From the IMG/VR virus record IMGVR_UViG_3300021962_000122, positions 1 to 58,552 of that record: a stretch of DNA of 58,552 nucleotides; one strand, given 5' to 3'. A program made the translations under genes and the position numbers. Below, one piece after another: positions 37,139-43,811 of the stretch. This DNA comes from a virus. Its lineage: Duplodnaviria; Caudoviricetes. The notes under the pieces are model-generated. The model did no database searches. It was given only the letters and a program-made list of their open reading frames with translations, and was not told the origin of the DNA. Each line of letters starts with the position of its first letter. Position 1 is the stretch's first letter.

Positions 37139-37775
37139 TTTCTATCTCCCCTTTGTTGTTGAATCTCCAACCGTTGATGTATATGAGTTCTTTAAAGTAT
37201 TCTTCACTTGTATAGCCCTCATACTCTTGCCTCAAAGCGTCATAGATTTCATCGGCGTACTCTCGTGCGTGACGAATCGCAAACTCTTCAAGCTCACACA
37301 CCAAGCGTTCGGTGTCGATTGCTTGGTCTAACTCATGCACCAGTGCACCTTGCAAGATGCCGTGCTCAAGTACATCGCCGTTGTCCTCACCCAAAGACGC
37401 AAAGCACTTGATGCCGTCGTAACTCATCGTCCCTGAGTGGTTGTAGTAGAACGACCTGCGTGACACGCCCATCGTTTTGTCTACCCACTGGTTACGAATA
37501 AGCTCGAGCAGTACTGTGTACCTTGCAAACTCAGGATGGTCTGGTGTAGCGAAGTGCTCAATGAACCAAGGCAGATGTACATACCCCGTCCACGAAGCAC
37601 CATCGCCTTGAGAAGAGAACCCGCTGAATTGAATCTCATCAATCATGAAACCCTTAGCGCTTCCATCTTCTTTGAAGCGTGCATACACACACTCGTACCA
37701 ATCATCAGGCGGCTCGCCATATAGTTGTATGGCGTTAGCTTTTGCTTGTGGTGATAAGTCTTCAAACTCCATCAA
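37128..37775 (-). CDS. Hypothetical early protein with FSGFSSQGDGA motif
   Basis: The motif recalls a family seen on phages and mobile elements. Function unknown. Confidence 0.6.
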   Translation of the reverse strand: MMEFEDLSPQAKANAIQLYGEPPDDWYECVYARFKEDGSAKGFMIDEIQFSGFSSQGDGASWTGYVHLPWFIEHFATPDHPEFARYTVLLELIRNQWVDKTMGVSRRSFYYNHSGTMSYDGIKCFASLGEDNGDVLEHGILQGALVHELDQAIDTERLVCELEEFAIRHAREYADEIYDALRQEYEGYTSEEYFKELIYINGWRFNNKGEIENGV

Positions 37776-38316
37776 GTTTCTCCAAAAGTTTCTTCAATGT
37801 CTCCACCATCTTCTTCTCAAGCACCTCCTCCACAATTTCTTGTACCCTGTCTACATCAGGGTAGTCGTTGTCACTCAGGTACATCTCTATCTTGTCGTCA
37901 ATGTCATACGCATCAAACTTGTCATCGAAGTCGTAGTCAGTGATGGCATCATGTATCTGGTCGCTGATGTCTGTGTCACGAACCTCTCTGCGTACTTGCT
38001 CTGTGATGATGTCGTCAACTATTTCTCTAACGCCATCTATCGTCAGATGTTCCTCTGTGTCGTTGTGTTCATCTATTGATTCCTCTGTGATGTCTTTGAT
38101 TGCCTCTCTGAATGAATCGTCGATGTACTTCACGGCACTATGAGCTTCAAGCACGGCGCTGACTTTCTCGTTGACTTGCGTGTTGATGTGCTCATTGATT
38201 GCGTGGAGTAGTGTGTGGATAAGCGTCTGCTTGGGTTGTGGTTGAGGCGTTGCCTCGGGTGTGGTTTGTGTTGCTTGTTCCACGGCGTTTACTTCTGTGT
38301 TTGTGATTTGATTCAT
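37762..38316 (-). CDS. Highly acidic early protein
   Basis: AAGGAAAG RBS before ATG 38316. Asp/Glu-dense C-terminal two thirds. Confidence 0.7.
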   Translation of the reverse strand: MNQITNTEVNAVEQATQTTPEATPQPQPKQTLIHTLLHAINEHINTQVNEKVSAVLEAHSAVKYIDDSFREAIKDITEESIDEHNDTEEHLTIDGVREIVDDIITEQVRREVRDTDISDQIHDAITDYDFDDKFDAYDIDDKIEMYLSDNDYPDVDRVQEIVEEVLEKKMVETLKKLLEKLDGV

Positions 38317-38434
38317 GATTGCTTTCCTTTGGTTTACAAATGTTGGTGAAGCGCACCAACGACGCAACTGGCAGACACCATGTCTGCGAGTTTTTCTGTA
38401 ATTTCTACGATGAGTGTTCCCGATGTGCCTTGGC

Positions 38435-38554
38435 TTACAAGTAGCACATGACATGCACACGCCACACGAACAGGTCGAGGGCGAGCACGATGACTGCGGT
38501 GATATACGCAAGCACAAAGGCTATGCGTATGGGGGTGAATGTTTGTAGTGTCAT
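38435..38554 (-). CDS. Small membrane peptide
   Basis: 39 aa with one hydrophobic helix. GAGG RBS and ATGA coupling. Confidence 0.45.
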   Translation of the reverse strand: MTLQTFTPIRIAFVLAYITAVIVLALDLFVWRVHVMCYL

Positions 38555-38745
38555 GAGTATGTGTTCCTCTTTGCTTGTTCTAGGTATAGCTGTGTCAGGC
38601 GTTGTTGAACTTCTGCCCACCCGTTCACTTTCTCCCAGTACAGCACTTGCAGTGCCATGCCGACAGACCAACGCACATCATCTTCATCCTCCATGTGTTT
38701 GACTGCTTCCTCAATTAACTCATCAATATCAATTTCAATCTTCAT
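38551..38745 (-). CDS. Hypothetical acidic protein
   Basis: GGAG RBS, coupled ORF. Confidence 0.55.
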   Translation of the reverse strand: MKIEIDIDELIEEAVKHMEDEDDVRWSVGMALQVLYWEKVNGWAEVQQRLTQLYLEQAKRNTYS

Positions 38746-38959
38746 TTACTTCTCCCTCAGTTGTTCTCATAAAGTCACGCAGTTCTGCAAAGTTGTAGAC
38801 GAAGCGTCCATGCTCATCACGGAACCGCCACTCGTCACACAGCGCACACCCTGCCTCGTATGTGCGGCATCGTTTGGCAAAGCACACACGCAGGAAAGCA
38901 AAGCCTGCCTCCGTTACATACTTTGTCTTCGCCCTTCGGCGTATCTGTCTGACTTTCAT
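38735..38959 (-). CDS. Hypothetical Cys-containing protein
   Basis: GGAGG RBS and C...C...CxxC pattern. Confidence 0.5.
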   Translation of the reverse strand: MKVRQIRRRAKTKYVTEAGFAFLRVCFAKRCRTYEAGCALCDEWRFRDEHGRFVYNFAELRDFMRTTEGEVNED

Positions 38960-39133
38960 TTAAACCTCCTCATTCTTTTTAAACCAATACTCCCGCGCCC
39001 ACATCGTTTGGAGTAACGCAATGCCTGCGTAGACAGGTTCAATCAGGTTGTCCCTCTGCATCCTGTCCACCGCAAACTTGGTACGCCGCGCCATGTACTC
39101 ATGGAACGGCAACGCAAACAAGTCATCATTCAT
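38960..39133 (-). CDS. Hypothetical protein
   Basis: GGAG RBS before ATG 39133. Confidence 0.5.
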   Translation of the reverse strand: MNDDLFALPFHEYMARRTKFAVDRMQRDNLIEPVYAGIALLQTMWAREYWFKKNEEV

Positions 39134-39184
39134 TCTTCTCTCCCAAAGTTGTTTATACAAACTCGCAGACACCATGTCTGCCAG

Positions 39185-39823
39185 TTACTTACGCCGAACC
39201 AGTAGCTCGGGCACTTTCATGCGTTCTTTCTCCTCCTTCCTGATGCTCAACCACCTGTCACGCAAGGACTCGAGTCCGAACTCGGACACCAAGTCCCACC
39301 AGTTTCGTTTCTCATTTTTATATTTGTGTGGGTCTGCCTCGAAGTCGAGCATGATGCGCCCCCTCTCCCGCTTGAGTATGTCCTCGTACTTCTCGAGCAA
39401 CCCCTCATGTGCTTGGTTCCCTACCTCTTGTGCGTAGCGTCTCTGTGCCCGCACCTTGTGTATCTCGTAGCCCATCGGTGCGAGGGCGTCTTTCAGTTGT
39501 TTGCGCCACTGCTCTACCCACGCTTCGTATCGGGCGCGGCTTTGTACCAACAACGCCATGCGGTGGCGTTCCTCCAGTATGAGCTTTGCCTTGACCTCAC
39601 TGATGTCACCACTCACCACCATGTTGTGCAGTTGTCGTGGCGTTTGCTTGCGTGGGGGCTTGCGTTTGGGTTGGCAGTCTTTGCAGTTCTTTGAGATGAT
39701 GGTCATGAGCACCTCACCTTTCATGCCCCTTGCGTGCATTTGTGCACGGGATAAACGCTTTTTGAATTGGGCGAGAGGCTTGGTTGTCCCGCACTTTGCA
39801 CATTTTTTGTAATCGTTTAGCAT
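39185..39823 (-). CDS. Basic Zn-finger protein
   Basis: KKCAKCG...CKDC motif with Lys/Arg-rich composition. Confidence 0.6.
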   Translation of the reverse strand: MLNDYKKCAKCGTTKPLAQFKKRLSRAQMHARGMKGEVLMTIISKNCKDCQPKRKPPRKQTPRQLHNMVVSGDISEVKAKLILEERHRMALLVQSRARYEAWVEQWRKQLKDALAPMGYEIHKVRAQRRYAQEVGNQAHEGLLEKYEDILKRERGRIMLDFEADPHKYKNEKRNWWDLVSEFGLESLRDRWLSIRKEEKERMKVPELLVRRK

Positions 39824-39850
39824 GAGAAAGCCCTTATGTTTCAGTCGACA

Positions 39851-40216
39851 ATACCCACTTGTTGCTCGAGCATACCCACCATTTTTCGTGATGGGACAAA
39901 CTAGTGGGTGCGGTGTTTTACCAGTAAACATCGAGTATTTTAACCCTCCATCCCTCGATACCTATCTGATTTCTGAAGAACAGAAACTTTTTTTCTTTTC
40001 TTTTTTAATTTGTGTCCACTTGTACCCATATATATATATATTTATCTTTTTATCTCTTATATATATGTAGGTATTGTGGGCTGGACACTGGCTGAACGCC
40101 CATGAACGCTGGAAAAAAAGCGCACCCACTTGTGTGGCAAGGTGTGAAAAATGGTGGGTATGATACCCACTACTGTATAAAAACACAGTAGAAGGATTAG
40201 TTACTGTATGTGGGTA
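39851..40216. other. Putative replication origin: AT-rich core flanked by (T/C)ACCCAC repeats
   Basis: T-tracts and (TA)n at about 39987-40066, with about eight ACCCAC/GTGGGT-type copies in both orientations. Confidence 0.45.
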
Positions 40217-40272
40217 CAGTTTATTGTGGTTTTTTGAACTGGCAGACACGATGTCTGCCAGTTTGCCTGTTG

Positions 40273-40458
40273 TCAGAGGAGTTTGAGTTGTCTGCATGAC
40301 GCTTTGACTTCGTTCCATTCCTCTTTCCATCGTGCCTGTCGCAGGGCTTCGGCACGCCTTGGGTCTTTGCGCCTGAGTTCCTCGTCTGCTTTGATTTGGG
40401 CTTTGAGGGCGCTGAGCTTGGCTTGCACGCCCGAGGGGATTTGTTTTCTGATTTGCAT
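40273..40458 (-). CDS. Small basic early protein
   Basis: AAGGAAAG RBS. Confidence 0.55.
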   Translation of the reverse strand: MQIRKQIPSGVQAKLSALKAQIKADEELRRKDPRRAEALRQARWKEEWNEVKASCRQLKLL

Positions 40459-40468
40459 GGCTTTCCTT

Positions 40469-40576
40469 TCAGACGAATAAGTACCAGATGGGTGAGAACA
40501 AACGCTTGCAAGCGATGGCTTGGCGGTACTCAGCTTGCATGATTTGGCGGATTTCTTTGAGTTGAGATTTGGTCAT
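40469..40576 (-). CDS. 35-aa early peptide (not in the ORF track)
   Basis: MTKSQLKEIRQIMQAEYRQAIACKRLFSPIWYLFV with AAGGA RBS. Confidence 0.45.
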   Translation of the reverse strand: MTKSQLKEIRQIMQAEYRQAIACKRLFSPIWYLFV

Positions 40577-40579
40577 GAT

Positions 40580-40756
40580 TTATTCCTTGGTTTGATTGGC
40601 TTTGCGGGCGAAGTACTCGGTGATGAATGAGGGTGCTTGGCACTCTTGGGCAAGGGCGCACATCGCCCAGTATTCATCGGGGTTGATGGTTTCTTTGGTC
40701 GTGTGTTCCATGCGGATGAGCACCGCAAAGATGAGGTCGAGTTGGTTTGGGTTCAT
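40580..40756 (-). CDS. 58-aa early peptide (not in the ORF track)
   Basis: MNPNQLDLIFAVLIRMEH... with AGGAAAG RBS. Confidence 0.55.
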   Translation of the reverse strand: MNPNQLDLIFAVLIRMEHTTKETINPDEYWAMCALAQECQAPSFITEYFARKANQTKE

Positions 40757-40852
40757 GATGCTTTCCTAAAGTTGTTTGACAGAAAAAAGAATAGCGGTGG
40801 GACTCGACATCCACACCGCTTTGAAAAAACTGGCAGACAAGATGTCTGCGAG

Positions 40853-41248
40853 TTACTGAACAGAAGCCAAGAAACGGCGCTTTTGTGCCGTAGTCAGCTT
40901 CTCGTATGACTCAACGAGTTTGGTAACAGCGTCCTTCTTCTTGCTTGTCTGTGGCTTCTTGCTGTCCTTTTGCACATCCACAAAGATATTGTTGAGAATG
41001 CGACTGACTCGTCTTTCCTCAGCTGTGCCATGCCCGAATGCCCAGCCACGCTGACCCTTGTAAGGCTTGCGTGTGGTGGTGGACAACTCAGACACATAGA
41101 ACACGACATAAGGGCGTGCTTCTGCTCGTGTGCCTACACCATTGGCAAGCAAGGTGTCGAGCAAAGTGGCAGACTCGATGTCTGCGAGTTTCAGGGTAGG
41201 AACGATTGCCCGATATGTGTTCGGGTTGATTGCTGTTGCGAGTTTCAT
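40853..41248 (-). CDS. First gene of the leftward early operon, hypothetical
   Basis: GGAG RBS before ATG 41248. Confidence 0.65.
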   Translation of the reverse strand: MKLATAINPNTYRAIVPTLKLADIESATLLDTLLANGVGTRAEARPYVVFYVSELSTTTRKPYKGQRGWAFGHGTAEERRVSRILNNIFVDVQKDSKKPQTSKKKDAVTKLVESYEKLTTAQKRRFLASVQ

Positions 41249-41260
41249 AGATAGCTCTCC

Positions 41261-41288
41261 AAAAGAAAAACCCCGCAACTGGCGGGGC
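41261..41288 (-). terminator. Intrinsic terminator-like hairpin in the early leader
   Basis: Minus strand reads CCCCGC-cagtt-GCGGGG-TTTTTCTTTT. Confidence 0.65.
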
Positions 41289-41323
41289 GACAGACCGACT
41301 GAGTTCCCCCAATCGATAAATCT

Positions 41324-41332
41324 ATTATAGCA
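41324..41332 (-). promoter_or_regulatory. Extended -10 sigma70 promoter (TGcTATAAT) for the early operon
   Basis: Perfect TGnTATAAT at the strand switch, pointing into the leftward genes. Confidence 0.65.
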
Positions 41333-41520
41333 CAAACGAGTTTCACAATACCCTTGACATGAAAAATCGTAATACCTTAGACCCCACCATACCCCCACCA
41401 CCCCATATGTCAGCGAGGCAGGCGTTGTCCCGTGAACACTACTCCCCTCCGATTCCCAGCACCCCAGTAATACTTAACCCCTACACCCCCTAAATTTTTC
41501 TAAAAATTCCAAACAACCTG

Positions 41521-41536
41521 TGTCAAACGTTGGACA
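41521..41536. promoter_or_regulatory. 16-bp palindrome TGTCAAACGTTGGACA (putative operator)
   Basis: Third member of the TGTCAAAC/GTTTGACA family, in the divergent control region. Confidence 0.5.
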
Positions 41537-41692
41537 ACCGTATCCGTAAAAAAACCCCCCGGCATCGCTGACGAGGGGTTGAACAGTTGGGTCACAACTG
41601 AGGAGAGAAGCAAGTGCTTGCGCAACTGCTGGAAATAAGTGTACACTGCAAACCAACGCGCAACAACCCTGTGTAAAAACACAGCTATCAAA

Positions 41693-42301
41693 ATGTTGGA
41701 GCATTTGGTGCAGTTCTCCCCAGACGACGCCGGTCTGGACGATTTCGTAGGTATTAAAGCTGTTTCGTCAGCGGATTTACTGTCGGCGCAAATAGCCACG
41801 GCAGAGTTGTTGGATGAGCTGGGTGTCACGCCAGACAACCAGATCAGTTACGAAGCCCAGACACAGGCGGCTCGCGACGCGTTCAAAGTGGTGATTGCCG
41901 ACAAAGACTCGGACGAGCAAAAGACAAAGCTGCTCCAGTTAAAGACCCCCGCCGCTGTGCGCCACATCACGGGCATGCTGACAGCGTATGACTGGGAATT
42001 TGTACAGATGGCCAAAGAACTCCGTGGGTACACGGTGGCCAAGTTGTTTGAGGAAACTCAGTCCCCCAACGCCAACATCCGCTTGAAGGCTCTTGGTCTA
42101 CTTGGCAAAGTTACGGAAGTCGGGCTGTTCACCGACAAGGTTGAGATCAAGAAAACCGACCTGACCGACGAAGAGATCGACAAGAAGCTCAAAGACAAGC
42201 TTGCTGCCTTCATGGGCGTGCAAGACGTGGAGCCGATTGAAGACATAGAAATAAACGAACCGCCAGATGAAACTCAGCAACCTGACGCTCAGCCCGACTG
42301 A
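41693..42301 (+). CDS. terS: Putative terminase small subunit
   Basis: Directly upstream of TerL, with RLKALGLLGK...GLFTDKVEI motif. Confidence 0.65.
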   Translation: MLEHLVQFSPDDAGLDDFVGIKAVSSADLLSAQIATAELLDELGVTPDNQISYEAQTQAARDAFKVVIADKDSDEQKTKLLQLKTPAAVRHITGMLTAYDWEFVQMAKELRGYTVAKLFEETQSPNANIRLKALGLLGKVTEVGLFTDKVEIKKTDLTDEEIDKKLKDKLAAFMGVQDVEPIEDIEINEPPDETQQPDAQPD

Positions 42302-43805
42302 AATTCAGGCCATTCAAAAAGCCCTCCCCACCATGTCCCTAGCAGAGAAGGTGGAGCTGATGGACATGCTTGAGGAACGTGAAAAACGTTACAAACTGGT
42401 GGCTGGGCGCACGGACATGATTAAGTTTGCCCAGCACGTCTACCCCGGATTCAAGGTCGGGCCTCACCACAGGAAGCTGGCCAAGATATTTCAAGACGTG
42501 ATTGATGGCAAAAAGAAACGCGTCATCATCAACATCGCCCCACGTATGGGTAAATCTGAATTCTCGTCGTACCTGTTCCCAGCGTACTTCCTTGGCAACT
42601 TCCCCGACAAGAAGATCATCATGGGCACGCACACCGCCAGCTTGTCTGAGGACTTCGGTCGCCGAGTCAGAAACTTAATCAACGATGAGAGCTACCATGA
42701 ACTATTCCCCCAAACCCTTGTGGCAGACGACCAGAAGGCTGCTGGAAAGTGGAGCACTGCTGCCGGTGGTCAGTATTACGCTGCTGGTGTTGGCGGTGCT
42801 CTCGCTGGTCGCGGAGCTGACCTTTTTGTTATTGACGATCCGCATTCGGAGCAAGATGTAAAGGCTAACTCACGCCTTGCGTTCGACACCGCTTGGTCTT
42901 GGTTTCAGACTGGCCCGTTGCAGCGTCTGATGCCGGGCGGGGGGATCATCGTGGTCATGACACGCTGGGGGCCGTTGGACTTGACCGGCAGGCTCATCCA
43001 GTACCAAGTCAATAACCCGGACTCACCGCAGTGGGAGATCGTGGAGCTACCGGCGATCCTTAATGAAAATACTGAAAATGAAAAAAGCCTTTGGCCAGAG
43101 CAGTGGCCGCTGGAGGCCTTACGCAGCGCCAAGTCCTCGATGGATCCACGGTATTGGAACGCGCAGTACATGCAGCAGCCCACCAGTGACACGGCTGCCA
43201 TCATCAGCAGAAAGCACTGGCGCATCTGGGAGAGCGACACACCGCCTGAGTGCGAGTACATCATCCAGAGCTGGGACACGGCGCACGAGACAAAGAGCAC
43301 ATCTGACTACAGCGCGTGCACAACGTGGGGCGTGTTCTACAACGAGGAAGAAAACAGCAAGGCGCAGGTCATACTGCTGGACGCCTTCAAGGACAGGATG
43401 GCGTTCCCTGAGTTAAAGCAGGTGGCCTTCAAACAGTGGCGGGAGTGGGAGCCGGATGCGTTCATCGTGGAGAAGAAAGCTGCTGGTGGCCCGCTGATCC
43501 AAGAGCTGCGCAACATGGGCATCCCTGTGCAAGAATTTACACCCAGCCGTGGAAACGATAAGATGGTGCGTGTCAACGCCGTGGCCGACATGTTTGCATC
43601 TGGCTTGGTATGGGCACCGGACACACGTTGGGCACGCGAAGTCATTGAGGAAGTCGCAGCTTTCCCTGTGGGGGAGAACGATGACTACGTGGACACGACC
43701 ACCCAAGCACTGCTGCGCGTCAGACAAGGCGGCTTCATCCGTATCGACACAGATGAGCCAGATGAACCCCGATTTTTCAAACGCCGAGTAGCGGCGTACT
43801 ACTGA
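42267..43805 (+). CDS. terL: Terminase large subunit
   Basis: APRMGKS Walker A, VIDDP Walker B, MTRW, nuclease SWDTA and DDYVD. Confidence 0.95.
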   Translation: MKLSNLTLSPTEIQAIQKALPTMSLAEKVELMDMLEEREKRYKLVAGRTDMIKFAQHVYPGFKVGPHHRKLAKIFQDVIDGKKKRVIINIAPRMGKSEFSSYLFPAYFLGNFPDKKIIMGTHTASLSEDFGRRVRNLINDESYHELFPQTLVADDQKAAGKWSTAAGGQYYAAGVGGALAGRGADLFVIDDPHSEQDVKANSRLAFDTAWSWFQTGPLQRLMPGGGIIVVMTRWGPLDLTGRLIQYQVNNPDSPQWEIVELPAILNENTENEKSLWPEQWPLEALRSAKSSMDPRYWNAQYMQQPTSDTAAIISRKHWRIWESDTPPECEYIIQSWDTAHETKSTSDYSACTTWGVFYNEEENSKAQVILLDAFKDRMAFPELKQVAFKQWREWEPDAFIVEKKAAGGPLIQELRNMGIPVQEFTPSRGNDKMVRVNAVADMFASGLVWAPDTRWAREVIEEVAAFPVGENDDYVDTTTQALLRVRQGGFIRIDTDEPDEPRFFKRRVAAYY

Positions 43806-43811
43806 GGATAA

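Larger units (their letters stand above)
38366..41190. repeat. Five dispersed 27-bp palindromes AACTSGCAGACA-N3-TGTCTGCSAGTT
   Basis: Copies at 38366-38392, 39160-39186, 40237-40263, 40828-40854 and 41164-41190. Confidence 0.92.

Noticed and set aside
39962-40330. 122-aa ORF across the AT-rich region
   Set aside because: It translates low-complexity TA and T tracts and overlaps a better-supported ORF. More likely non-coding.
38366-41190. CRISPR array from the 27-bp palindromes, with the Cas4-like gene
   Set aside because: Copies start 336-1077 bp apart with genes between them, and there is no cas1 or cas2. Stand-alone Cas4-like nucleases are common in phage replication modules.
41354-41382. 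Rightward sigma70 promoter at TTGACA 41354
   Set aside because: No acceptable -10 hexamer at 16-18 bp spacing.
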